From the NCBI GenBank assembly GCA_017545535.1, contig JAFWMS010000033.1:107981-171980 (forward strand): DNA of 64,000 bases, written 5' to 3'. Origin of the DNA: Clostridia bacterium. Lineage in GTDB: Bacteria > Bacillota > Clostridia > Christensenellales > CAG-138. The translations under genes and the position numbers were made by a program. Of the stretch, positions 1 to 10,541 are shown piece after piece (the stretch's first letter is position 1; every line of letters begins with the position of its first letter). Below the pieces are notes generated by a model, which was not told the origin of the DNA, ran no database searches, and saw only the letters and a list, made by a program, of their open reading frames with translations.

Positions 1-201
1 GATGACGCCCTTGGCAGCTGCCTTATCGACGGTGCTCACGGCTTTGAGATAAGCGGCCTCGGCGGCTTCCTTATCCTCACCCTGGAGCGCTTCGTCATAG
101 CGACGCAGAGCGGTCTTCAAAACGGACTTGTCCTCGCGGTTGCGAAGATTCTCCTTTTTGTTGGTGCCTGCACGCTTGATAGCAGATTTGATGTTTGCCA
201 C
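1..201 (-). CDS. rpsT: 30S ribosomal protein S20 (C-terminus runs off the window start)
   Basis: Minus-strand translation from GTG at 201..199 gives VANIKSAIKRAGTNKKENLRNREDKSVLKTALRRYDEALQ..., the canonical S20 N-terminus. Absent from the ORF track because it is cut by the window edge. Confidence 0.85.
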   Translation of the reverse strand, partial: MANIKSAIKRAGTNKKENLRNREDKSVLKTALRRYDEALQGEDKEAAEAAYLKAVSTVDKAAAKGVI

Positions 202-367
202 AGCATTTACCCCCTATAGATATTGTCCTTTACACGAACTACGCTATTATACATAAAGACTTTCAAAAATGCAAGCCCTATTTTCATCTTTTTTTCAGGA
301 CTTTTTGCCTTGTGCTTTGGGGAACGGTAGGGTATAGTGTTTCCTATAAAACAATGCGCGAAAGGAC

Positions 368-2368
368 ATGAGCATGAAACCCATCGAACAAAAGGACATC
401 CTGATCTATCGGTTTTTGTCGGATCCCCAATATAACCCGGCCCACACCCGGGCGGCCTTCGTGGTCTCCACGGCCAACGAAACGGAGAATGGCTATGAAT
501 CCCGGCTGTGGCTCTATGAAAACGACGCGGTGAAGCAGCTCACCGATCTGGGCAAGGAGCGGGGTTATTTGTGGCTGGACGACGATCGGCTCATCTTTCC
601 TGCCGTTCGTTCTGCCGCAGAGAAGAAGCGGGCGGAAGCGAAGGAACCCTTCACATCCTATTACGTGCTGGATCTCCAGGGTGGCGAAGCTTTGCCCTTC
701 TTCACGGTGCCTTTTGCCGTCAGCGAGCTGAAGGTCCTGGATGAAAAGCGGTTCCTGGCGGTGGGCAGCTTCCACAAGGATCATCCCGATCTCTATGCCG
801 CGGATGAGGAGACCCGTCGGAAAATCTTGAAGGAGAAGGAGGACGACAAAGACTACGAGGTCTTCGATGAGCTTCCCTTCTGGTCCAACGGGGCGGGGGT
901 CGTCAACGGCCAACGTCGGCGACTGTTCCTCATTACCCTGGACCCGCTGACCGTCACGCATGTCTCCGGTCCCGGGGAGGATATGGGCGGCTTCGCGGTG
1001 CTCCGTGACGAGGTCTTCTACGCCGTCCAGGAACGGGGACCCAAGATGCTGCTGAAGGAATTCACCGTTAAGGCACGGGATTTGAAGACTGGGACAACGC
1101 GGGATGTGTTCCACACGGATTCCTTCATGCTTTCCCATCTGGAGACCGTAGGGGATCATCTGCTCCTCTTCGGCGGCGAGGGAAAGCGCTACGGCCTCAA
1201 CGAAAACGACTACGTGTATGAGATCGACCCGGTCACCGGCGAGCGGAAGACCCTCTTTGCGGCGGAATACAGCCTGTACAACAGCGTGGGCAGCGACGCG
1301 CGTCTGGGCGGCGGCCGGGAGTGCGTGACGGCGGAGGACAGCCTCTACCACCTGATCACCCGGGGCGGGGACGCGGTCCTCTATCGCCTGGACATGGACG
1401 GGACCGATACCCCCGTGTTCACCAAACCAGGCGCCATGGACTGCTTTGACGTGGCGGACGGGAAGGCCCTTTGCGTGGGCCTCTACGATATGCGGCCCCA
1501 GGAGCTGTATCTTTGCGACTACGCCACCGGGGAGGCGAAGCGCCTCACCGACTTCAATGGCTCCGCCATCGAAGACCGCTATATCGCCCAGCCGGAGCCC
1601 CTCTCCATAAAGAGTGAGGGCCTCACCATCGAGGGCTGGGTCCTCAAGCCCTTCGGGTATGATCCCGCCAAGCGGTATCCGGCGGTTTTCGATATCCACG
1701 GCGGACCCAAGACCGTCTACGGCCCCGTGTTCTACCACGAGATGCAGTACTGGGCGGGGAAGGGTTATTTCGTGTTCTTCTGCAACCCCAAGGGCAGCGA
1801 CGGCGGCGATAACGCCTTTGCCGACATCCGGGGCGGCTATGGAGACGTGGACTATAAGAACCTCATGGCCTTCTGTGACGCGATCCTGGCGGCCTATCCC
1901 GCCATCGACCCCAAAAGGGTCTGCGAGACCGGCGGCAGCTACGGCGGCTTCATGACCAACTGGATCATCGGCCATACGGACCGGTTCTGTTGCTGCGCGT
2001 CCCAGCGGTCCATATCGAACTGGCTCAGCTTCTGCGGCGTCTCCGACATCGGCAACTACTTTGCCCCCGACCAGACCGGCGGCGATCTTTACGACGACCC
2101 AACCGCCCTCTGGGCCCAGTCCCCCCTGAAGTACGCCAAGAACGTGAAAACGCCCACCCTGTTCATACATTCCGATGAGGATTATCGCTGCCCCCTGGAG
2201 CAGGGCCTGCAGATGTACTCCGCTCTCGTGGATCGAGGCATCCCCGCCCGGCTTTGCCTCTTCCATGGGGAGAACCACGAGCTCAGCCGCTCCGGCAAGC
2301 CCCTCCACCGCCTCCGTCGCCTCCGGGAGATCACGGCCTGGTTCGACAAGTACAGCGCTGAGAAGTAA
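368..2368 (+). CDS. S9 family serine peptidase (prolyl oligopeptidase / acylaminoacyl-peptidase type)
   Basis: 666 aa. N-terminal beta-propeller-like region plus C-terminal alpha/beta hydrolase with nucleophile motif GGSYGGFM, DEDYRCP and GENHE (Ser-Asp-His triad order of the S9 family). Confidence 0.85.
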   Translation: MSMKPIEQKDILIYRFLSDPQYNPAHTRAAFVVSTANETENGYESRLWLYENDAVKQLTDLGKERGYLWLDDDRLIFPAVRSAAEKKRAEAKEPFTSYYVLDLQGGEALPFFTVPFAVSELKVLDEKRFLAVGSFHKDHPDLYAADEETRRKILKEKEDDKDYEVFDELPFWSNGAGVVNGQRRRLFLITLDPLTVTHVSGPGEDMGGFAVLRDEVFYAVQERGPKMLLKEFTVKARDLKTGTTRDVFHTDSFMLSHLETVGDHLLLFGGEGKRYGLNENDYVYEIDPVTGERKTLFAAEYSLYNSVGSDARLGGGRECVTAEDSLYHLITRGGDAVLYRLDMDGTDTPVFTKPGAMDCFDVADGKALCVGLYDMRPQELYLCDYATGEAKRLTDFNGSAIEDRYIAQPEPLSIKSEGLTIEGWVLKPFGYDPAKRYPAVFDIHGGPKTVYGPVFYHEMQYWAGKGYFVFFCNPKGSDGGDNAFADIRGGYGDVDYKNLMAFCDAILAAYPAIDPKRVCETGGSYGGFMTNWIIGHTDRFCCCASQRSISNWLSFCGVSDIGNYFAPDQTGGDLYDDPTALWAQSPLKYAKNVKTPTLFIHSDEDYRCPLEQGLQMYSALVDRGIPARLCLFHGENHELSRSGKPLHRLRRLREITAWFDKYSAEK

Positions 2369-2380
2369 CAAGAGGTATCC

Positions 2381-3412
2381 ATGTTCGATGTGATCGTCGT
2401 CGGAGCGGGCCCCGCAGGCAGCACCGCCGCCAAAACACTGGCTGAGAAGGGCCGAAGGGTCCTGCTGGTGGAGCGGTTCAAGATGCCCCGCTACAAGTCC
2501 TGCTCCGGTCAGCTTATTCAAAAGACATTGGACCTGGTGGAAGCTTATTATGGGGAGCCGGTCCCCGTATCGACCATGTGCACGCCCTATGAAAACAGAG
2601 GCGTGATATTGACGGACGATAAGGGGAACGCCTATCGCTTCGAGCAAAACGGGCGGAACGTGTGGCGCAGCGCCTTTGATAAGTGGCTGGCGGACAAGAC
2701 TGCGGCGGCTGGCGCAGAGGTCCGGGAGGATACGGCGGCTATCGCCTGCGAAGCGGGGGAGGAGTTGGTGACCGTCACGCTGAAATCCGGCGGAAAGGCC
2801 TACACCGAACAGGCCCCATATCTAATCGACTGCGAGGGCGTGACGGGTGCCCTGAAGCGAAAGCTGATGGGTAAGGAGCCGGAGTATGTCACCACGTTTC
2901 AAACCTACAACCGGGGCAGCATCGACCTTGACCCCCATTTCTTCTATGCCTGGCTGCAGCCGGATTTGTCCCAGTACGACGCCTGGTTCAACGTGAAGGA
3001 CGGGCAGCTGGTGCTGGGCGTGTCCGTCCGGGACAGTGGCCGGATAGATGAATATTTCTCTCGTTTCATTGCATATATGCAGGATGAGCATGACTTGCGC
3101 ATCCATGAGCAGCTGAAGGAGGATCGCTGGCTTATGCATCGGGTCCGGCCCGGCTGCCCCATCGACCACGGCGTGGGGCGGGTCCTCTTTGCCGGGGAAA
3201 CGGCGGGCTTCCTCAACCCCATGGGCGAGGGCGTTTCCTCGGCCATCGAAAGCGGGCACCTGCTGGGGGAGGCCATGGAGGCCCATTTCGACGATCCGAA
3301 GGCAGTCCTTTCCGCATATGCGACCGCCGCACGCCCCCTGCAAGACTACATGAAGCGACAATGGCATTTGGTGTCGGCTATGTCCGACGCCTTTGGAGAT
3401 ATGAAGATATAA
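2381..3412 (+). CDS. NAD(P)/FAD-dependent oxidoreductase (geranylgeranyl reductase family-like)
   Basis: N-terminal Rossmann dinucleotide motif FDVIVVGAGPAGSTAAKTLAEKGRRVLLVER. Later GETAGFLNPMGEG resembles the FAD-binding GD-type motif of this family. Confidence 0.75.
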   Translation: MFDVIVVGAGPAGSTAAKTLAEKGRRVLLVERFKMPRYKSCSGQLIQKTLDLVEAYYGEPVPVSTMCTPYENRGVILTDDKGNAYRFEQNGRNVWRSAFDKWLADKTAAAGAEVREDTAAIACEAGEELVTVTLKSGGKAYTEQAPYLIDCEGVTGALKRKLMGKEPEYVTTFQTYNRGSIDLDPHFFYAWLQPDLSQYDAWFNVKDGQLVLGVSVRDSGRIDEYFSRFIAYMQDEHDLRIHEQLKEDRWLMHRVRPGCPIDHGVGRVLFAGETAGFLNPMGEGVSSAIESGHLLGEAMEAHFDDPKAVLSAYATAARPLQDYMKRQWHLVSAMSDAFGDMKI

Positions 3413-3423
3413 GCGAGGTATAT

Positions 3424-3942
3424 ATGGTCATCTTGATCACCGGTGCAAGCCACACGGGGAAGACCTTGTTGGCCCAGCGGATGCTGGAACGGTACGGGTA
3501 TCCCTATCTATCCATGGACCATCTGAAGATGGGCCTGATCCGCAGCGGGCAGACGAGGCTCACGCCCGAGGACGACGAGGAGCTGACGGCGTACCTTTGG
3601 CCCATCCTGCGGGAGATGGTCAAGACCGCCATTGAGAACAAGCAAAACCTGATCGTGGAGGGCTGCTACGTGCCCTTTCATTGGCGAAAGGACTTTTCTG
3701 AGGAGTATCTATCTGCCATCCGCTTTATTTGCCTCGCTATGACTGACAGGTACATCGACGATCATTTCGATGAGATCCTGACCCACAGCTTCGATATCGA
3801 GAGTCGGATGGACGATTCGTACTGCACCGCCGACTTCCTCAAGGCGGAGAATCGAAAATATGCCGCCGGGTTCCAGACCATGGGGGAGAGGGTTGCTTGG
3901 ATCGAAGGTGAGTATGACAGATCCATAGGCCCCTTGATCTGA
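3424..3942 (+). CDS. P-loop NTPase / small kinase-like protein (2-phosphoglycerate kinase / AAA-like)
   Basis: Walker A GASHTGKT directly after the ATG at 3424. The track ORF start at 3361 overlaps the upstream gene, so the internal ATG is preferred. Exact function not assignable. Confidence 0.6.
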   Translation: MVILITGASHTGKTLLAQRMLERYGYPYLSMDHLKMGLIRSGQTRLTPEDDEELTAYLWPILREMVKTAIENKQNLIVEGCYVPFHWRKDFSEEYLSAIRFICLAMTDRYIDDHFDEILTHSFDIESRMDDSYCTADFLKAENRKYAAGFQTMGERVAWIEGEYDRSIGPLI

Positions 3943-3951
3943 ATGAGCAAA

Positions 3952-3980
3952 AAAGGAGGGAATCTTCCCTCCTTTCTTTA
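3952..3980. terminator. Bidirectional rho-independent terminator between convergent genes
   Basis: GGAGGGA (3955-3961) / TCCCTCC (3966-3972) stem flanked by an A-run and a TTTCTTT run. It lies between the stop at 3942 (+) and the stop at 3997 (-). Confidence 0.6.
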
Positions 3981-3996
3981 TTCTGCAGATGCGCAC

Positions 3997-5559
3997 TCAG
4001 ACGCCATATCTCGGCTCGATGACGGTGCCGTCGATGGCATTGATGCGAAGCAAGGGGCTGGGAAAGCCTTCCCGATCGTCGCTGCCGAAGTTGAGGCCGT
4101 CCTCATAGGTGAAATAGTAGCTGCCGTAGAAGTTCCAAACCGGGACCAGCAGCCCCTTTTCGCTGGACTTGCGGTTGGTCACCCGGGACATTTCCAGGGC
4201 CACCCGGTCCACCCGATAGGTGGCAGAGGTGAGGTCGTTGCTGTTGTCCATGTCATATTTCACCAGCATCATTTTCCGGAAGATCTCATCGATCTTGTCA
4301 AAGGTCATAAGGGCACTGCTTTGGGTGACGTATTCACCATAGGCATAGGGAGAAAACCAATAGAAGTTCTCGATCCCGTTATCCGTGATGGTGAAAGTAC
4401 AACTCTCGAAACCCCAGTGAGGATCGCCGGAACAGGGCGGGGGCGGCAGGATGCCGTCGATGGACTTGCCGCAGGCCACCACGTAGGCGGAGTTGTCCCC
4501 ATAGGGATCAGGCACTTTCCTGTCGCCGTCCCCGGTATCGCTGTTTTGGGTGAGATACACGCCGGTCACCAACATGCCCTCAAAGCCATTGTCCGCCCAG
4601 AAGGTTTCCACCAGCTGCCTCGCCTCGGCGGGGGTCATGTTCAGCCCCACAGCGTCCGCCGGCACGACGGTCTCGTCAACGATCCATTTCCGTACATTGT
4701 AGTTCAGATACTGTCCGAAAGACTGATCCCGGATATACCAGATGCTGCCGCCGATGGGGAAATCGTAGCTGGACTTGGTGTTTTTATCGTAGGTCTGGCC
4801 GTGGACGTGGAAGGCCTTGCCTGCATACGTGTAGTAATTCTCCTGACGCTCGTAGGCGTCCAGGGCCTTATACTTGCCCAGATACTCCCCGACCCCCAGC
4901 TGACGCTCCTCAAGGGTGCCGTCACTGATCTGCTTTTCGACGGTCGTCGGAGCCTTCTCGTATTCTTCCTTCCAGCATGCCAGGTTGGATTCCAGCTTTT
5001 TGATGCGGTCCTTGTCGGTGGCGGTCTGCATCTCCGATTCCACGTCTGCGATCCGCTCAGAAATCTCAGCCTTCGTCATCTGCTCCTGAGCCTTGTACAT
5101 GACCGTGTCCCCACACAGGGCATTAAAGAGCTTCGTGACCTCTTCCTGGGTGAAATCCCGGGGTTCCACGTGCAGGGTGGGCATTTCGAGGGTGTTCGGC
5201 AGGTACACGTCGGCGTCCACGATGATTTTGACGATATCGGATTTGGGCGTCAGATCCACGCTATAGCGGGTGGACGCACCAAGCAGGTCATATAGGGGAC
5301 TGGAGGGGATGGAGACTTCGTCCAACCTACAGCCTCTAAAATCGATCGTTTCGGAAGCGGCCGGCTTCGCTTCTTCTGCAACCGGCTGGGCGTCGGACGA
5401 CGCCGATAAGGTCACGATCGCCGTGTCCTCCAGCCGTTCAGTGTTCGTTTTTTCTGTGATGTCCACCCGCATCGCCTTGGAGCAGCCCACTCCCGATACC
5501 AGGATGGCGGTCAAGGTGATCCATGCAAGAGTCTTTTTGAGTATCCGTCTGTTTTTCAT
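3997..5559 (-). CDS. Putative lipoprotein of unknown function
   Basis: 520 aa. Signal peptide with lipobox (LTAILVSGVGC|SK). No catalytic motif recognised. Last gene of the response regulator / histidine kinase operon on the same strand. Confidence 0.6.
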   Translation of the reverse strand: MKNRRILKKTLAWITLTAILVSGVGCSKAMRVDITEKTNTERLEDTAIVTLSASSDAQPVAEEAKPAASETIDFRGCRLDEVSIPSSPLYDLLGASTRYSVDLTPKSDIVKIIVDADVYLPNTLEMPTLHVEPRDFTQEEVTKLFNALCGDTVMYKAQEQMTKAEISERIADVESEMQTATDKDRIKKLESNLACWKEEYEKAPTTVEKQISDGTLEERQLGVGEYLGKYKALDAYERQENYYTYAGKAFHVHGQTYDKNTKSSYDFPIGGSIWYIRDQSFGQYLNYNVRKWIVDETVVPADAVGLNMTPAEARQLVETFWADNGFEGMLVTGVYLTQNSDTGDGDRKVPDPYGDNSAYVVACGKSIDGILPPPPCSGDPHWGFESCTFTITDNGIENFYWFSPYAYGEYVTQSSALMTFDKIDEIFRKMMLVKYDMDNSNDLTSATYRVDRVALEMSRVTNRKSSEKGLLVPVWNFYGSYYFTYEDGLNFGSDDREGFPSPLLRINAIDGTVIEPRYGV

Positions 5560-5649
5560 TCGTTTTTTCTCCCTTCGTTGGTTTCCTTTACCTTACCGCA
5601 AGGGATGTAAGCAAGTCCTCAGTGGGATGTAAGCAAGTTGTAAGTTTCC

Positions 5650-7035
5650 TTATCGACTGAAGATCAAGGATACGGTCGTTCCTTTCTCTTCTGTGCTTTC
5701 GATGATCAGCTGCGCCTGATGCAGTTTGGCGATCCGCGCCGCCAGGGCGAGCCCCAGTCCGGCGTGTCCGCCTTTTCGACTTCGCGCTTTGTCTGCCCGG
5801 AAAAAAGGTTGGGTCACTTTGCCGATGATCTCCTGTGGGATGCCGCGACCGTCATCCGAAACCGATAGGACATTTTCTTCCGCGGAAATGGTTATGTGCT
5901 TTGCCCCGGCGCTGCAGGCGTTGTCTACCAGATTGATGAGCACACCGGCTATCAGATCAGCATCCGCGGCAAAGTGCTCCCCATTCTCCATGTACCGCAG
6001 AACGGCGTCATATCGGTCTGCGACCACCTCCAGGGTCTTTTCTGTTTCATCGAACAGCTGACGGGCGGATACGTCCTGAAGGACTATGTCCTCGCCGTCG
6101 GTCAGAGTGATCAGCTGCATCATCTTCTGGGTGAGCCGTTCGAGACGCTTCGCCTCCCGATGGATAAAGGAGACGGCTTCTTCCCTCTGCTCCTCCGTCA
6201 GCTTGGCCCGGTCCAGGGACTCCGCGTATCCGATGATGGCTGTCATGGGCGTTTTCATCTCGTGGGTCAGCGCGCCGATCAGCATTTTTCGCTCTTCCGC
6301 TACCGCAGTCACGGCTTCGATTTGCCGTTCCACCGCATCCGCCATGTGGTTGAAGCTTTTCGATACCGTTGCGATCTCGTCCATTCGGGTCAAAACGCTC
6401 TCGGGAAGGGGGATGCGCGCATGGTACGCCCCGGCAGCCATGGCGGCGGCGCCTTTTTCCAGCTGCTTCAGGGGACAAAGGGTGCGGGAAGTGACATGCA
6501 GGATCAGGGCAGCGCTGACGAGAACGGAGAGGAGGCAGATGACGGCGAACTGAAGCTGGAGCTTTTCAATGGAATCGTACACGGAAGTCATGTTTCGGAC
6601 GAGATATATCTGATATCGCTCTCTGAGCAGCTCCGTCTCGGTCACGGCGGCAAACAGTTTCTCTTTCTGCCAAGTCACCGTATTCCGTTCCAGATCCCCG
6701 AGGATCGCGTCCGGGGCATACCCGCTGTTGTTGTACAGCGTTTCTCTTCCGTGCTTGAGGACGTATTGGGATCCGCTGAACGTATTTTCGGCATAGCTTT
6801 GGAACACATACACCAGAAGGCTTCGCCGAGCGGCATCTGCAATTTCTGTGCCCATGCTTTTGGCCACAACCGAGGAGAAGGAGGTCTCCAGCATGGCCAG
6901 CTCGGAGAGGGCGTTGTCCTGGGCAGAGCGGACCGTGCTTTTGGCGCTGGCGCGCAAAAGAAGCGTCCCGCACAGCAGGAGGCTTATCGTCGAGCAGAGG
7001 ACGAACAGTAAGGAAAGCCGGTGGCGGATCTTCAT
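5650..7035 (-). CDS. Two-component sensor histidine kinase
   Basis: Two TM segments, HAMP-like linker, H-box LTHEMKTPMTAIIGYAESL, N-box LINLVDNA, G-boxes DDGRGI and GLGLAL. The ATG overlaps the regulator stop (ATGA at 7032-7035). Confidence 0.85.
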   Translation of the reverse strand: MKIRHRLSLLFVLCSTISLLLCGTLLLRASAKSTVRSAQDNALSELAMLETSFSSVVAKSMGTEIADAARRSLLVYVFQSYAENTFSGSQYVLKHGRETLYNNSGYAPDAILGDLERNTVTWQKEKLFAAVTETELLRERYQIYLVRNMTSVYDSIEKLQLQFAVICLLSVLVSAALILHVTSRTLCPLKQLEKGAAAMAAGAYHARIPLPESVLTRMDEIATVSKSFNHMADAVERQIEAVTAVAEERKMLIGALTHEMKTPMTAIIGYAESLDRAKLTEEQREEAVSFIHREAKRLERLTQKMMQLITLTDGEDIVLQDVSARQLFDETEKTLEVVADRYDAVLRYMENGEHFAADADLIAGVLINLVDNACSAGAKHITISAEENVLSVSDDGRGIPQEIIGKVTQPFFRADKARSRKGGHAGLGLALAARIAKLHQAQLIIESTEEKGTTVSLIFSR

Positions 7036-7685
7036 GGTGCCGTCTCCAGCCGATACCCGATGCGGGGGATGGATACGATGGAGAGACCGGTCTTTTTTCG
7101 AAGCTGGGACACGTGGATGTCGATGGTGCGGCTCTCCCCGTAGAAATCCATGCCCCAGACCTCAGCTAAAATTTTCTCCCGGGACAGGGCTATGTTTTGA
7201 TTGCGGATAAAAAACAGGAGCAGATCGAACTCGAGCGGCTTGAGCACGATGGGGCGGTCCCCTTTCAGCACAGTACGTTCCTCCACAAAGATGGTGAAAT
7301 CGGAAAAAGTGACGACGCCGCCGCTGCAGTGCCGCGCAAGGACTTTTTCCATTCGAACAAGCAGTTCCATGATCTCAAAGGGCTTGACAATATAGTCCTC
7401 CGCGCCGGAGGTGAGGCCGGTGAGCTTGCTCTCAAGATCGTTCTTGGCAGTCAGGTAGATGACGGGGACGCTGTGGGCTTTGAGTGGCTCCATCAGTTGG
7501 AATCCGTCGATGCCCGGCAGCATCACGTCCAGCAGGGCCACGTCAAAATGATCGCCGTTTAAGATCATCTTAAGGGCCTCTTGTCCGTCTCTGGCAGGGA
7601 CGGGCTCATAGCCGGCTATGGAAAGATTCATGCAGAGCAGTCGGCTGATGGCTTCATCATCTTCGATCACAAAGACGCGATACAC
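7032..7685 (-). CDS. OmpR-family response regulator
   Basis: Receiver domain (VFVIEDDE..., LLDVMLPGIDG) plus winged-helix output (TIDIHVSQLRKK...GYRL). Start placed at GTG 7685 because a GGAGGG Shine-Dalgarno (7693-7698) sits inside the longer TTG-initiated track ORF. Confidence 0.85.
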   Translation of the reverse strand: MYRVFVIEDDEAISRLLCMNLSIAGYEPVPARDGQEALKMILNGDHFDVALLDVMLPGIDGFQLMEPLKAHSVPVIYLTAKNDLESKLTGLTSGAEDYIVKPFEIMELLVRMEKVLARHCSGGVVTFSDFTIFVEERTVLKGDRPIVLKPLEFDLLLFFIRNQNIALSREKILAEVWGMDFYGESRTIDIHVSQLRKKTGLSIVSIPRIGYRLETAP

Positions 7686-7821
7686 CGTTTGTCCCTCCAA
7701 TGAATGGGTTTTCTTGCTTTCATTATACAGGCTTATCCCTGTGCCCCGTGTAAATTACTTGTAATTTTTTGGCCTGCTTTTGATTTCACAATGATGTTGC
7801 AATTGCGGGCATAGCCTTCGC

Positions 7822-7849
7822 TTGACAGGGATAAAATCGATGGTATAAT
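7822..7849 (+). promoter_or_regulatory. Sigma-A type promoter of groES-groEL
   Basis: TTGACA (7822-7827), 16-nt spacer, TGgTATAAT extended -10 (7841-7849), immediately upstream of the CIRCE operator. Confidence 0.6.
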
Positions 7850-7861
7850 AGGTTCCAGAAA

Positions 7862-7888
7862 TTAGCACTCAGGCTATTTGAGTGCTAA
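7862..7888 (+). promoter_or_regulatory. CIRCE operator (HrcA binding site)
   Basis: Perfect TTAGCACTC-N9-GAGTGCTAA inverted repeat 27 nt upstream of the groES ATG. Confidence 0.92.
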
Positions 7889-7914
7889 ATAATCAACAGG
7901 AGGCAGGTTAAATC

Positions 7915-8199
7915 ATGCAACTGAAACCTTTGATGGACCGTGTGGTCGTGAAGCAGGTGGAGACGGAGGAGGTCAGCAAGGGCGGCATCATCCTCACCAG
8001 CGCGGCGAAGGAAAAGCCCCAATTCGCAGAGGTCATCGCGGTAGGCCCCGGCGGCATGGTGGACGGCAAGGAAGTCGCCATGCAGGTCAAGGCCGGCGAC
8101 AAGGTGGTGTACAGCAAGTACGCCGGCACCGAAGTGAAGCTGGACAACGAGGAGTTCGTCATCCTCAAGCAGAATGACATTCTGGCAATCGTGAAATAA
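7915..8199 (+). CDS. groES: Co-chaperonin GroES
   Basis: 94 aa, MQLKPLMDRVVVKQVETEE...GGIILTSAAKEKPQ...GDKVVYSKYAGTEV, the classical Cpn10 pattern. Confidence 0.97.
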   Translation: MQLKPLMDRVVVKQVETEEVSKGGIILTSAAKEKPQFAEVIAVGPGGMVDGKEVAMQVKAGDKVVYSKYAGTEVKLDNEEFVILKQNDILAIVK

Positions 8200-8209
8200 G
8201 GAGGAATAA

Positions 8210-9841
<1,632 letters not shown>

Positions 9842-9860
9842 TCTAAACCAAAAGACGGAA

Positions 9861-9888
9861 GGAGGGGCCTCAACGGCTCCTCCTTTTT
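9861..9888. terminator. Terminator after groEL (shared with the convergent GNAT gene)
   Basis: GGAGGGGCC / GGCTCCTCC hairpin (one mismatch) with a 5-nt loop, followed by TTTTT. Confidence 0.7.
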
Positions 9889-9901
9889 GATGGGTTTTCC
9901 T

Positions 9902-10423
9902 TCATTTTTTGAGCAGGTGGATAAGAAGCTCCGTGTCGCCGAATCGGTCGGTACCCCAGAAGGAAAATCCCAGCTTCTCCTGCAGGGCGCGGCAGGCGAC
10001 GTTTCTGGGCTCTGTTTCGCAGTCCAAAAAGTCGATGCCCCGGTGGGCAAACAGCTCCTGAATAAGGGCGGAGAGGGCCTCGAACATCAGCCTCTTTCTG
10101 CGTTCCGATCGGGCGACAGCGAAGGAAAGGGAGAGGCCCGTCAGCTCCTTGAGCGCCGGATCCCCCGCCAGCCGTTCATAGGGCGGGTGCAGGGCGATGT
10201 GGCCCAAAGTCTGGCTGCTATCCTTTGGAACAAGAGCCAAAAAGATGGTGTTCTCCCGGAGCCATTGAAAGGTTTCCCAGGCGGATGTCCGGTCCGTGAC
10301 CCCATGCAGCCCCAGCATGTCCTGCAGCTCCGGGTCCATGATGTAGGCAAAGTAGGCGTCGAAATCCGCCGCTTCGTGGGGACGGATCGTCAGTCGCTCT
10401 GTTTCGATTCGGATCGGTTTCAT
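9902..10423 (-). CDS. GNAT family N-acetyltransferase (RimJ/RimL-like)
   Basis: MKPIRIETERLTIRPHEAADF... is the typical RimJ/L-type N-terminus. Start placed at ATG 10423, preceded by GGAAGGAGG. The track ORF extends 18 codons further. Confidence 0.75.
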   Translation of the reverse strand: MKPIRIETERLTIRPHEAADFDAYFAYIMDPELQDMLGLHGVTDRTSAWETFQWLRENTIFLALVPKDSSQTLGHIALHPPYERLAGDPALKELTGLSLSFAVARSERRKRLMFEALSALIQELFAHRGIDFLDCETEPRNVACRALQEKLGFSFWGTDRFGDTELLIHLLKK

Positions 10424-10541
10424 GTTGCTTGCCTCCTTCCGCAGTATACAAAAAACCACCTTGCTTTGCAATAGCAAAAGGTTGAATCAGGGCCCGGCAT
10501 CTGATATACTATGGCCCGTTGTACATGAAGGAGAAAGCCGC

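Noticed and set aside
344-2647. 767-aa ORF on the minus strand covering the whole S9 peptidase gene and part of the next gene
   Set aside because: It lies antisense to a gene with clear catalytic motifs. Its translation is low-complexity (G/A/R/P/H/V/L rich) with no recognisable domain. This is the typical stop-codon-poor shadow frame of high-GC DNA.
3943-5295. 450-aa plus-strand ORF opposite the lipoprotein gene
   Set aside because: Its start lies inside the terminator hairpin and its composition is low-complexity. The minus-strand frame has a proper signal peptide/lipobox and operon context.
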